Part shown: piece by piece, positions 11,145 to 23,297 of the stretch
Layout of the letters: the number at the start of each line of letters is the position of its first letter
Numbering within the stretch: the stretch's first letter is position 1
DNA from: Histomonas meleagridis 2922-C6/04-290x
Lineage: Eukaryota > Protista > Parabasalia
Assembly (NCBI GenBank): GCA_020184695.1
Contig: JAANOX010000205.1
Location: forward strand, 806,001 to 870,000
Direction: 5' to 3'
Length of the DNA stretch: 64,000 bases
Position numbers and translations under genes: made by a program
The notes under the pieces: model-generated
What the model was told of the DNA's origin: nothing
Database searches by the model: none
What the model saw: only the letters and a program-made list of their open reading frames with translations

Positions 11145-11534
11145 GCTGTTGCGGTTATTATGTAAACAATACAAATATTGTGGTAGAAATTTGAGAAGTT
11201 TTCATCAGGATAAACGAACAACATATTTTCGAAGGTAAAATATGCATAAAATTTCTCTGCCTTGAAAGAAAATTTAAAATAACCATAACTTTCACCTATA
11301 GAGATAGATTTCATGCAAATAAAATGAATAGAAACTTTGTTATGAACTTTTTAATTTTTTGTAATCAAAGCTAAAAATCAAAATTAAATGCTGAATCATG
11401 TTTACTTTAAATATCCTTGCATTTTTAAAGTGATATAGAGATTGAAATTTCATAAATTCATTTGTTTGTATCAAAATTCGTTAGAAATTATTTTTCCCGC
11501 CAAAATTCAAACATGGTTAGACAAAACATTATCG

Positions 11535-12152
11535 ATGCAAAGCAACGAGCAAACACCAAAGCCAAAACGCCAAAAAAGGAAATTTACCACAGAAGAAGAT
11601 CAACAAATCCAAGAATTTGTGAACCAACATGGAGCAAAACAATGGGATCTTCTTGCAAGTACTCTTGTTGATCGAACACCACGACAGTGTAGAGATCGTT
11701 GGAAACACTATCTTTCCCCTGATGTTATTCATGCCAATTGGACAATTGAAGAAGATAAGACCCTTATGCAATTGACTTCATTATTTGGAAAAAAATGGGC
11801 TACATTGGTTAAATTCTTTCCAGGTCGAACAGACATTAATATAAAAAATCATTGGAATAAGCTTCAAAGAAATTGGAAAAAGATAAACTCAAAGAATGAA
11901 AACAAAGAAATTGCATCTAGTGAACTCAACACAGAAATAACAACAGGCAATGTAGAAGTTCCGCCACCAATACCAGAATCCAATAACGTCGGTATTTCAC
12001 CAACTTTAGTTATTCCTCCTGCTCAAACTGAAACAAAACCAATAATTCAACCCATGGCTCCACAAGTTGTCCAACCCGAAGCAGCTCAGACCGAGACACC
12101 AATAGAAGTTCAGCAAACAACTGAAGTTGGAACTTTCACTGAAAAAGCATGA
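11535..12152 (+). CDS. R2R3 Myb DNA-binding protein
   Basis: KFTTEED...W...RTPRQCRDRWKHYL and WTIEED...GKKWA...GRTDINIKNHW. ATG at 11535. Confidence 0.93.
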   Translation: MQSNEQTPKPKRQKRKFTTEEDQQIQEFVNQHGAKQWDLLASTLVDRTPRQCRDRWKHYLSPDVIHANWTIEEDKTLMQLTSLFGKKWATLVKFFPGRTDINIKNHWNKLQRNWKKINSKNENKEIASSELNTEITTGNVEVPPPIPESNNVGISPTLVIPPAQTETKPIIQPMAPQVVQPEAAQTETPIEVQQTTEVGTFTEKA

Positions 12153-12368
12153 GTTCTTATGATTAGCATGAATTCCCTTAGCTATGGCTTATATTAAAGA
12201 TTTTACTTTTTTTTAAGTCAAAATGAATAAAATGATTTTTATGAAAGAAAACTCGAACCTAATTTTATAAAAAATATACTTACAAGACACATATATCTTT
12301 TGGTAAAATGCATTTCACAGATAACTTTGAGCAAAAATATTTAAAAAAAAATTGATACATGAAAATGT

Positions 12369-12959
12369 TTAAATAAACTGTTCAACGAAATTAACTCCTC
12401 TAATTCCAAATTCCTCATTATCGTATTGTATCTTTACAATTCTTTTCTTTTCGTTTTCGATTTTGTTTGGTTTTCGTTTTATGTGAATTTCATTTTTATT
12501 TCGGAAAATTTCAGGAGTATTTTGTGTATTTTTATCTTTGTTTCTTTTTCTTAATTCTTCTAGGCTATTATTATTTTGATATACTTTTTTGTTTGCATGA
12601 ATAAAATTATTTTTGAATTCATTTTTATTTTTTACATTTGATTTGATTTCGGGAAGTACATTTTGGATTTCATTTTCATTTTGATATATTTTATTACTTG
12701 CACGTGATGAGATTTCTTTTTCTTCGGATTTTTTTGCTTCATTTATTTGATTCTTTGCAAGTTGATGATAATTTTTTAAATAATCTAATAAAAACGCATA
12801 TCTTTTTAGAGATTCATCTGTTTTTGGAGTCAATGGGCTTCTTGGGAAAATTTTTTTATTTGATAAATTTGATAGGATATCAAAAACGACAGTTTTATCA
12901 AATTCGCTATTGCTTGAGTTCTGTTTACTTAAGTGGTTTTTATTTCTTTTCTCTGTCAT
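12369..12959 (-). CDS. Hypothetical Lys/Asn-rich protein
   Basis: 196-aa ATG-initiated low-complexity ORF. Confidence 0.5.
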   Translation of the reverse strand: MTEKRNKNHLSKQNSSNSEFDKTVVFDILSNLSNKKIFPRSPLTPKTDESLKRYAFLLDYLKNYHQLAKNQINEAKKSEEKEISSRASNKIYQNENEIQNVLPEIKSNVKNKNEFKNNFIHANKKVYQNNNSLEELRKRNKDKNTQNTPEIFRNKNEIHIKRKPNKIENEKKRIVKIQYDNEEFGIRGVNFVEQFI

Positions 12960-13128
12960 TTTTTTCTTGATGAAAGCTCAAGCCAAATTATGAATACAAA
13001 CGATAGTAGTATAAAATATTCAAAAATGTTGAATGAATGTGAAATGTAAAGCACACAAATATTGATTTAATATTTTTATAATTGTTAAGTTTATATATGT
13101 GAAATGGTTTAATGCCTTCTTAAGGAGT

Positions 13129-15855
13129 ATGTTTGCTCAAAGAGATGTAGAAGAATTAAACACTAAATTTCTTGCACTTACTTCAGATGACTCAAAATCA
13201 CGTGATCAGGCTTCGGAAATAATTTTTCAAAAAATGAAATCTGATCCACTTGAATTCGCACTTATCTGTGGAGGTCTTCTTAATAAAGCCGATTTCCCAG
13301 TATCGTCTTACTCTCGTGCTTTATTTTTTATTGATCAAATAATCACTCCTGATGAACATAATAAAATCGAATTTATCAGGGAAAAATGGATGAACTATTA
13401 CCAAGAGAAGCGCAGTTTTATTAAAACTTCTATCTTACGTGCGTTAACTTTTCCAGATATAAGTCTTGCCAATGAAGCATCACAAACATTAATCAAATTA
13501 TTTGCAATAGAAAAGCATGAGATGCTTCCACTCGTTGATCAATTATTTGTTATTTTTGGATCTTCAGAGTACAACGATGATACGCATCTAGTAGCCATCA
13601 ATACTCTTAATAAAATTTGTTCAGAAGGTATACTTGATGATATAATTCAATCAGAAGATGTTAAAGGATTTCTCGTAAAGATATTTGATTTTATAGGTAC
13701 GTCTTTTCTTAATAAGAATAATCCGGAAAACATACAAGTTTCAATCTGTAATGTATTAAACTCATTAATTTCAATAGCTACCCCACTCTTTTGTCCCCCG
13801 GAAGTTTTTAATAATTTTGTTACACTTATTGGTAATTCTCTTTTTAGTAATCCGCCTCAATTACTTCATCAGCATCTGATGCAACTTTTGACTTCACTTA
13901 CTTTGAAAATTTATGAACACGACGGTTTCAATTTCAATGATATCGGCACTATCGCCCTCAAGTGTCTATTAGAAGAACAAAACCCAGAAAAGATCCTTAA
14001 CGTTCTCGATTTTTGGACTAAACTCACAAAATTCGAAAAGAAAAATGCCCAAGCAATTCAATTTAAGCAAAAATATGAAAAACTTGTACAAGAACCTCAA
14101 AGATCAATTCGTTGTTCAATATTACCACAGATTAAAAACACAGCTCAAATGAGAGATTTGATCAACCCAATACTTGACAATATAATACCTTGTTTAATAG
14201 ACATGTTATCACTTATACCAGATGATGAAATAGAACCAGAAAATCCGAGTGATCAAACCATTCATAGGAAAGCATTACAAGTTCTTTCTAACATCTATGA
14301 ATATCATCCTGATAAAGTGTTATCTTTTATTGTTAAATATTGGCAGACTCATGATCCTTATAGTTCTACGTATCCAGTTCAATATTCTTTATTATTAACA
14401 GTAGCAATAGTATCACGTCCACCTCAATCACCTCAGCAAGCACAATCTATTATAAACTTTTTAACAAAAAACTCATTTAGTGATAAGGAATTTTATATTT
14501 CCAATTATTTATTTGAAGCAATTGCACATCCATATAAGCGAATGACAGATACGGCACTATATGTTATTAGTTTGTTGTTAGAAAACTTTGATTTATTTAT
14601 ATCAGATGAATATTTTGATATATTAATTGGACAAATACATGCTCATTTTATGGATCATGACATCATTACAGAACAAATTTTTTCCTTAATTAATCAAATA
14701 ATTTTAAGATTTAATGACTCAAATAAAATACAACTTTATGAAAAGTATTATGAACAATTCGTTGGCATTTGTGAAAGAGTTTTAAGTAATCCAATTGATG
14801 TAGCACAAAATGTATTACAATCATGTTCTTATGTTATGTTAAATTTAATAAAATATGCGCCAGATAGTAAAATCGAAGTCATTGAGAAAATATTAAATCA
14901 AGCAATATCAATTATAAGTTCAGATATATATTTTCATGATTCCAAAAATTATATTGCAATATTATCAAATAATATAGAATTTGTTACAATGTGTTTCCAT
15001 CGATTTCCTCATCAATTTCAGCAACATGGTATTACTGTAGCTCAAAAATTATTTGATATAATGAGAAGTAAAACTGAAATATTCGAAGAAGGTTTATATA
15101 GTTTATCATCTATCACATCCTCATTAGGCATAAATGTCATACAAATATTTAATGAAATGATACAATGCATAAGTTTTGGATTAACGAGTGGAAAACCTTC
15201 TGTTATATGTGCCACACTCACATAACTTGCGGAACTTTATAGAAATGTTTTAAGTGAAGGAACTAACAATGAATATGCAATCGAATTGTTAAATAGAATT
15301 CCTGCAACGTACCAATTAATTAATGATTGTTTGGAAAGTGGAAAATTTGGACGAGAATCAAATGTTAAAATACTTCGAAGTCTTGCGAAAGTTATTAGAT
15401 CAACTGCACATGTTATAAGTATCGAGGATAGAGATAAATTAATGCAAATATATCAATTATATTTAAATACACCAATTAACTTTAACAATAAAAAAGATGT
15501 AAAATTCGCTCCCCATTTATATGAAGCTATAATTAGAGGTCTTGAAGCTTTGCTATATACAATAAGACCTGAAGAATTATCAAGAAGAAATTTAAAGAAA
15601 TTTTTCATTGTCGTAATAGCTTATAAAGTATTGGGAATGAAAGAACAATCATTCGAATGTTTAAATGCAATACTTGATCTGTTTGAAGCTTATAATAATG
15701 TTTTTGGCTTTCAAGGAAATACGGTATTGAATAGTACAATAAATTACCAATTAGTATTATTCGCTTATTGCTTGTCTTTACCTGGTCGAAGAAAAGATGA
15801 ATTCACATTAAAACAAAAGTCAAAGAAATTATTTGAAATTCTAAGAAAATCATAG
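13129..15855 (+). CDS. Importin-beta/karyopherin-like HEAT protein interrupted by one in-frame TAA (15223-15225)
   Basis: IBN_N-like start (LALTSDDSKSRDQASEIIFQKMKSDPLEF). Track ORFs 13099-15225 and 15286-15855 share a frame and are joined by ...ICATLT*LAELYRNV...; combined about 908 codons. Confidence 0.65.
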
Positions 15856-16068
15856 AAATTGATAGTAAATAAAGAAGAAGCAAAATAAAGTAATAAAACA
15901 AATGCTGATACTTTTTACTAAATTATATACATCCCGCAATAATTCTTTTTCTACTACTCTTAACTTTTATATAATTTCATAACTATTTCTCAATGAGTTA
16001 ATTATAAAACTTCTTTTTGTTTGAGGAGCAAAGCGAAACAAAAAACGCGAAGCGCATTCTTGTTATAT

Positions 16069-17979
16069 TTAAGCTGTCAGTTCTGGTTTGATCTGTTCTT
16101 GTGTCCTATTCCAATTTATTATAAATGTTGAGATCAAAAATATGTATGTAACAAATTGTAAATATGTAAAGAAAGATGTGAACACTGAAAAGACGCCACC
16201 ATAAAACAAACAAACTATTACCCAAGCAACAGTAGCTATTAACATAGCCAAACTATTTATGCCGAATTCCACTTTCTGTAGTAAACAATGTTTAACTGAT
16301 TCGAAGTAAATTCCGCATATATTAATTACGGGTAAAACCCATAATAAGTAATAACATATCATAATACCATATGAATGTGCATCGAAATATATATCACCAT
16401 TAGCACTATAACCCCATAACCAAACAATTGCTAAATAACTTTCAATTTTAGTTTCAGCATAAGGTACACCTAATATTGCTAACGATAATATTATTATAAA
16501 TATGTAAACATATATTGGAACTTTCCTTAATCTATTCCATATATAAAGTGGTCCAACAAAAATTTGCTTGCAAATTGGAATTGAATCACTTCCACAATAA
16601 AACATATAATTTTCGAATTCATCAAGTTCTTTCTTAAATGGAATCCACATTGGAATTAATTTAAGAACAGTAATAATCAAAAAGACAAATGCAAAAGCAA
16701 CAAGAAAATCTTTTGAATTTGTATTCGGTATTATTTCTACAAAAATTGGCGATTTTTGACCAACATAAAATTCGATTTCTTTGGTTGAATCTCCTTCTAT
16801 TTTAAGTTTATGTTTTCCATCTTTTACTGTTACATTTAATGAATAAAGTTTTACGTTTTCTTTAATTAATTTAACCATTGGTATTTTACCAATTTTTTTC
16901 CCATCTATTACTAATGTTAAATTTAATTCTTTCTTAGAAAATCCGATTATTCTAACAGGAAAATTATTTTCATTAAACACTTGATACTTACTTACTTGCT
17001 TTAATGGTACAGGATAAGAGATAGCAATAGTATTATTATCAAATGGATTAAATTCATTATATATAATTGCACCTTTTTCAATAGTAATAATTCCAGCAGT
17101 TTGTTCATAACAAGTTGAAGTACAAGCAATTGTTAATGTATCATCTACATGATAAGTACTAAATGTTTTTGGATGTGTATGTCCTGCTAAATAAATATCT
17201 GTTTTTCGAATGATTGATTCAAAACTTTCTCCATTTGATGCAGGTCGATCCCATAATGATTTTACAGGGAAATGAGAAATTATAATATTTGTTGCATCAT
17301 CCATATAACTATTTTGAAGTTTATCTACATCTGATTGAAGTAATACTGGAAAAGATCCAAATGGTCCTGTTGGACTAGGGAAATGTAATCCTGTAAACGA
17401 AATGAAATTAATTTTTCCAACATTTGTTTCAATTGTATAATTTGTTCCAGTATTTCGTAATTCATTATTAAGAGCGAATTGCTTATAATAATTTATTGGC
17501 GAATCATCATCTGAAATACCAAAATAATCATGGTTACCTGGATATTCAAGTAAGACTCTTCCTTTTTTAATAAGACCTGATTGATACCTTGATATATTAT
17601 ATAAAACCCAATTTTGATGATTTGATTCATATTTTTGTATTTTAGAACTATTTTCAGTGCCATCAGTGATATCTCCTGAAATAATTACAAGTGGTGGATC
17701 TATTTTTTTAGATATGTTTTTAAAGATCTTTTGAAGATTTTCAACTTTTGATGGATTCTTTTGGGTGAAATGCGTATCAGACATTTGAACAAAATAAAAT
17801 GGTTCTTCAGTAAAAGGCTCTGTACGATTATTTGATTGGATTTCATGAACTGTTGAGAATTTAGTTAATATAAAGGCAACAAATAAACAAATTAATAAAA
17901 AGATAAGATTTAAATAATGAGATAAAAAGTATGGTATACGACGTACATTAAATTTCTTTTCTTTTATGTATGTTTCCAT
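16069..17979 (-). CDS. Calcineurin-like metallophosphoesterase with C-terminal TMs (TMEM62-like)
   Basis: SDTH, GDITDG, PGNHD, SHFP and AGHTH metal motifs; N-terminal TM and several C-terminal TMs. Confidence 0.82.
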   Translation of the reverse strand: METYIKEKKFNVRRIPYFLSHYLNLIFLLICLFVAFILTKFSTVHEIQSNNRTEPFTEEPFYFVQMSDTHFTQKNPSKVENLQKIFKNISKKIDPPLVIISGDITDGTENSSKIQKYESNHQNWVLYNISRYQSGLIKKGRVLLEYPGNHDYFGISDDDSPINYYKQFALNNELRNTGTNYTIETNVGKINFISFTGLHFPSPTGPFGSFPVLLQSDVDKLQNSYMDDATNIIISHFPVKSLWDRPASNGESFESIIRKTDIYLAGHTHPKTFSTYHVDDTLTIACTSTCYEQTAGIITIEKGAIIYNEFNPFDNNTIAISYPVPLKQVSKYQVFNENNFPVRIIGFSKKELNLTLVIDGKKIGKIPMVKLIKENVKLYSLNVTVKDGKHKLKIEGDSTKEIEFYVGQKSPIFVEIIPNTNSKDFLVAFAFVFLIITVLKLIPMWIPFKKELDEFENYMFYCGSDSIPICKQIFVGPLYIWNRLRKVPIYVYIFIIILSLAILGVPYAETKIESYLAIVWLWGYSANGDIYFDAHSYGIMICYYLLWVLPVINICGIYFESVKHCLLQKVEFGINSLAMLIATVAWVIVCLFYGGVFSVFTSFFTYLQFVTYIFLISTFIINWNRTQEQIKPELTA

Positions 17980-19825
17980 TGTATGCAATCTTAAATGTGA
18001 TTCTTGACCGGGAATCAGAATTTGCACCGGAAACGTTCACAAATAATTGAAAGGACGATAGCTGTCGTAAACTCAAAAATTTGTTTTTGAGAGAAAACCC
18101 CTGTTGAATTTTGTGTTTATTTTTACCGGTGAGCTTGACTTTGGGCTTAGAAAAACTTCTTTGACAAGATTGGGTATAAAAAAGGAAAATATTTTACGGT
18201 GATTACCAGAAATCAATGACCGATTTTTAGGGCAATCCAAAATGAGGTTGGAATCTTATTATATTTTCATCAGAAATAGATTTATTTCCGATTTATTTTC
18301 CCATGAATTTCGATGTTTTTTGTTACCAAAAGATTCGCACCATATACGTTTTCACAATGAAATGATTACCATGCATTTTTTAAAAGTAATTATTATTAAA
18401 TTAATCAAAAGTAAGAAATATTGTGAATTAGCGAAAAAACATAACAAAACCGGCCAGCATGGAAATTATGTTCGTTTTCGGTAAAAAATTTCCAATATTT
18501 AAATTAATTATATTATATGAAAATAATATGCATTACCTGTGTATTTTCAGTTCCAAATCTTAGCCTTCATAAATACAAAGAAGTACGCAACATTTATATT
18601 TCGAAATTTAGTAATTTATCAATTTTATCAAATTGGCTCTGCCAACAAATTAAATGATAATAACATTGATTGATCAGTTCTTGTGGATTTCATGCTTTTT
18701 TTTCTTTTTTGATCATGATAAAAAATGAATATTTAAGTATTAATTAGTTTTCGAAAAATAAGAGTTGCGACAAGGGATCCTTCTTTGCTTTGCCAAACAA
18801 GACTGCTAAGTGTAAGTAAGGTCAATTTAAATTCAAAATTCAATAAATAATGTTGAAGATGGAAAATGATTTTTTAAAGTCTCAAGGTACAGCTTGACAA
18901 TACAGACCTTGCATCGGAGTGAAATGATTATAACCGGAAATAGGTATCATCGGATGAATTTTATCATTCTGAATAACCGTGGCTCGAAAAGAAGCTAATT
19001 CTGAATTTTTGATAAGAAGTTAAAATTCTGTGGTTTATTTTATCCGATGATGGTTTACCGAAATAAAAAATACTGAAATTTAAAGTAAACTTCTTAATTA
19101 ACCATGTTGTTTGAATCTTTTATCCTTTCAAAACTTTGGTTGTAATCGGTATCTGAAAAAAATTATCAACAGCTGAAATAATTGTTATTATTAACAATTC
19201 AAAATAATTATATGTCATGTTTAAATAAAAAACATTCTGTTATGAATGATAAAAACAAGCACTCTTTCATGAATCTTAACCACACATAATATTAAGCGGA
19301 AACTCAAGAAACATCCAAAAGGACACCTTCGGATACCTTTCTCTAATAGAAACGGATAAAAATTTATTATTTTACTTCGCATATTTTGTATATTAATGCA
19401 CGATAGAACTATTTTCTGTAATGTCAATTTTTTCGAAAGATAATGTTATTTGATTGTAAATAAAAATTCTGAGATGGTTCTCTTGTTTCTTTTTAATTAT
19501 TTGCGCTTTAGTGGAAGAGTATTATAATGCTTCTGTCGATTTTTAAATATATCGACTTGAATGATATAAAATGATATAAAACTTGGTATAATTTTGGAAT
19601 ACCAAAAAATTTTTTGTTGACGCCATAATTCAAACACTATCGTTGAATTAAAATATAATTTTTTTAAAAATTCCACAGGCATTTTCTAATTGCCTTGCTC
19701 TAAACTTCTAAACATTACTGCCTTAATATAAATATTGATTTTCGAACTAGATATCTGCTTGTGCTACAAAAATTAAAAGTAAGAAATTTCAAACGAAGAT
19801 TGTCAATATAAATTTTTTTTTCTTC

Positions 19826-21061
19826 ATGTTAGCACCAGGAATTTCATCACTTCTCGAATCAAAAGGGCCGTTTTGTCAAAACTATTTTGAAACTGGAAAA
19901 GAAGGAATTAATTATTTAATAAATAGCAAAATTTTAATAATTGGTGCAGGTGGACTTGGATGTGAATTATTAAAATCTTTATCACTAACTGGATTTAGGA
20001 ATATTCACATTGTTGATATGGATACAGTTGATGTTTCTAATTTGAACCGACAATTTCTTTTTCGTGAGTCTGATATAGGTAAACCAAAATCCATTTGTGC
20101 AGCGGAGTTTATAAAGCGTAGGATTCCCAATATTAATGTCACACCTCATTTTTGTAAAATACAAGAATTCGACGATGATTTTTATAAGCAATTTGATCTT
20201 ATTATAGCTGGTCTTGATTCTATCAAGGCCCGCCTTTGGATTAGTGACAATTTATGTCGTATATCACGGGAATCATATGGTGAGTATTCCATTCCATTTA
20301 TTGATGGGGGCTCAGAAGGCTGGAAAGGCCATATCAAACTCATTACTCCACTTGAGTCTGCATGTATGCGTTGTCAACTTGATCTTTTTCCACCACCAGT
20401 TGTATTTCAATCATGTACAATTGCATCAAATCCACGTCAACCTGAACACTGTATTCTTTGGGCCAAAGAGCATCAATGGCCATTAGAAAAGCCCAATGAA
20501 GCATTAGACGGCGATAACAATTCTCACATTGAATGGATTGTTGACCAAGCGAAACAACACGCGAAACGCTTCGGTCTCCCGACCGAGGACATCACGTTTA
20601 AACTTGCGAAAGGTGTAATAAAAAATATCATTCCAGCGATTGCGTCTACGCAAGCTATTGTTGCATCGATATGTGCAACAGAAGCGTTCAAACTTATCAC
20701 TGGTGTCGCGCCAACGCTTGATAATAACATATTATTTGTTGGCGATGCTTTCACTGGTGTAAACTGGACGAATTTTAAGTATGAAAAGAAAGAAGATTGT
20801 GAGGAATGCTCAGTTAAATTAACAAAAGTGCAAATAGTTGAGAACGAAACAGTTCAACAATTAATAGATAGAATTGGAAAAGAATTTAATTACAATGTGT
20901 CAAGTTTAAGAACAGCAACAAAAACAATTTACATGCCAATCATATCAGCTACAAAAGAGAACCTTTCAAAGCCAATTAGCGATTTCGTAGAGGAAAACGA
21001 AGTAATTGTGGCAACATCAAGAACAGCACCCGAAGCGTTCGAGTTCATGCTATGTAAATAA
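19826..21061 (+). CDS. UBA3: NEDD8-activating enzyme E1 catalytic subunit
   Basis: GAGGLGCELLK, DMDTVDVSNLNRQFLF, CMRC, catalytic SCTIASNPRQPEHCI, IIPAIASTQA. Confidence 0.9.
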   Translation: MLAPGISSLLESKGPFCQNYFETGKEGINYLINSKILIIGAGGLGCELLKSLSLTGFRNIHIVDMDTVDVSNLNRQFLFRESDIGKPKSICAAEFIKRRIPNINVTPHFCKIQEFDDDFYKQFDLIIAGLDSIKARLWISDNLCRISRESYGEYSIPFIDGGSEGWKGHIKLITPLESACMRCQLDLFPPPVVFQSCTIASNPRQPEHCILWAKEHQWPLEKPNEALDGDNNSHIEWIVDQAKQHAKRFGLPTEDITFKLAKGVIKNIIPAIASTQAIVASICATEAFKLITGVAPTLDNNILFVGDAFTGVNWTNFKYEKKEDCEECSVKLTKVQIVENETVQQLIDRIGKEFNYNVSSLRTATKTIYMPIISATKENLSKPISDFVEENEVIVATSRTAPEAFEFMLCK

Positions 21062-21308
21062 AAGTAATATTTCATGTGATTTTGCTATTAATCAGATAAA
21101 TTATTAAAAAAAATGTTTAAGCTAAAGCATTACACATTTAAGTCAAACAATAGCAATAGCTCAAAAAAATTTAATTATTTTGGAAAGTTTCGTTTTTATT
21201 TTCAGGTAAATTTTTTGGTGTTTTACATCATTTGCAATCTGATTAAATGAAAATGGAATTGACAAAATTTTGTTTATTCAAAAATTTTTGGTTTATATGC
21301 ACTTCGTT

Positions 21309-22694
21309 TTAGTTACCGGGTTGTACTTCTACTTCTGCAGTTCCATCGGGTGATTCCAATGTAATAACGCTTGGAGTTTCGACAACTCTTGGTTGACTTG
21401 GTAATTCCATTCCTGGAGTCCAAGTTATTCCACCCTTTGAGAATTGTTCTGAGTTAAAGTTAACTCCTTCCAAGTCCTGTAATGCATATTCGTTACCATT
21501 ATCTGCAGCATTTTCGTCATCAAATATCATTGTATAACCATTAGCATTTTCTTTCCTAAGCAAGAAAATATAGCATATCATAGCTACTATCACTAAGTCA
21601 GACAGGTTAGACATGGTTTGGTCGACCCATAGATAATAGTCTGCAAAGAAAAGTGTGAAAATTTTGACAACGATCAAAATTGAATACACGACGAACGTTA
21701 TCTGCAGTTGATGGTACATTTTGTGCTTCTGCCAGACGGGCGTTGTCTTTGGGTTAATGCCACGATTAGTGATGGACAAAAGATGGGCTAAGATACGTAA
21801 TGATGAGTTACTTATGGATTTAGCTAAGTCTCGGAAATATAATGCAAGAAATACAACTAATCCTAAAACTATAAGAATATCCCAGTTACCAAATGATGTG
21901 TATGAAAGAAAAGTATAAAAGACTAGCATCAAGGCTGTGTAGAGAAGAGATAATGCAAGACTTGAAAATTTAATTGAAGATCGTATAATACACCAACCTT
22001 TGGCAGCAAGAATAATGTCAAGGAATAACGCTATTTGGAAGAAAAGTTGGAATATAATTGATGCTGTGGTCATTCCTGTGCTATTGTGATGACTTTTTTC
22101 ATGATAAATACCAATAGTATTGATAAGTTTGGAAACAACGCAAAGCGCAAAGCATCCTGTAAAGAAATAGTGAATGTATATCTTTGAGCCAAAATTCATA
22201 AACCAGTTGACGAGCCATACAACAAGAACAGCAACAAAAAGTACAAGGAAAATGGGTAATATGTAAAGAAGTGGCTTCTTGCGGTAATCAAGTGTTGAAC
22301 CAGGGTTTGAAAAATCTAAATTAAGATACAGCGAAACTTTCCTGTTGTCACCTTGTTTGGGACATATGTAATAGAATATTGCATAAACGCCTTCACTTTC
22401 TATAGTTCCGTTCAAACAATATGAGCCATTTCCATCGACACGTGCTTGAATTTTTGAAAAAGTATAATTTCTATAACAAAAATCATCGGCATCTAAACCT
22501 GGAAGACTTAATATTTGACTGTATCTGCTTTGGTTGACAAGTCCAAAAACAATTGGAACACGAGAAACATGTGAAACATCAATATCATATTTGCCACCTT
22601 GTTCAAAGCCATAACCCATGTGGGCTCCAAACGGAGGGGTGATTGTTACCTTTACATTTGTGTATTTTAGGGCAAGAAAAAAAATACTGAACAT
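21309..22694 (-). CDS. Seven-TM protein (GOST / GPR180-GPR107-like) with luminal N-domain
   Basis: Signal peptide, about 180-aa luminal domain, about 7 hydrophobic helices, LAAKGWCIIR motif. Confidence 0.65.
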   Translation of the reverse strand: MFSIFFLALKYTNVKVTITPPFGAHMGYGFEQGGKYDIDVSHVSRVPIVFGLVNQSRYSQILSLPGLDADDFCYRNYTFSKIQARVDGNGSYCLNGTIESEGVYAIFYYICPKQGDNRKVSLYLNLDFSNPGSTLDYRKKPLLYILPIFLVLFVAVLVVWLVNWFMNFGSKIYIHYFFTGCFALCVVSKLINTIGIYHEKSHHNSTGMTTASIIFQLFFQIALFLDIILAAKGWCIIRSSIKFSSLALSLLYTALMLVFYTFLSYTSFGNWDILIVLGLVVFLALYFRDLAKSISNSSLRILAHLLSITNRGINPKTTPVWQKHKMYHQLQITFVVYSILIVVKIFTLFFADYYLWVDQTMSNLSDLVIVAMICYIFLLRKENANGYTMIFDDENAADNGNEYALQDLEGVNFNSEQFSKGGITWTPGMELPSQPRVVETPSVITLESPDGTAEVEVQPGN

Positions 22695-23297
22695 CGTAAA
22701 TTACAAATGAGATAAATTTTTCAATTTTGAAATGAGAAAACCGATGGGATTTGTATGCCACTTTTTCGTAACCGATTTGACAAAAGCAAAGGAAAACGAC
22801 TTATCACAGCTCAAAACCTTCTCTAGAGAATCTTTTAAGATAAAGGTTAAAGCTCCCAATCAAATTTTAAAAATCTCTTTAAATAATTTTATATAAAAAT
22901 TTTTAGATAAAATTTTTTTTCTTGAATTAACGTTTTCGAGAGATGGGTATAGCAATCAAAAAGTGGGAAATTTGTTCGGACAAACAATTTTACAATTCTT
23001 GATTTTTTTCCAATTATTGAGTAACTTGCTTGAACCTCTGGTTTTTTCTTTAAAATTATTTTTCTTTTTTGTAAATAGTCCTGTAAAATTGATATGTTTT
23101 ATAAATAATCGTTACCTGGAAAAATTAATTTTTAAGATAAGTAATGCATAAAATTTTTTAAATTTCAATTAATTTTTGTCTTTAATTTTGGTTTTCAATG
23201 AATTATTATTCCCTAAAATTATTTTGATCAACATAAATTTATAAACATTTAATTAAACAATGTAGCGAATGTGTATTTTATTATACAAACTGATAGT

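Noticed and set aside
18760-19010. Possible U2 snRNA (GCTAAG...TGTAAGTA, Sm-like AATTTTTG)
   Set aside because: The invariant GATCAAGTGTAGTA-type core is missing and the spacing does not fit.
22819-22830. 12-bp perfect palindrome TTCTCTAGAGAA
   Set aside because: A single isolated palindrome with no supporting context.
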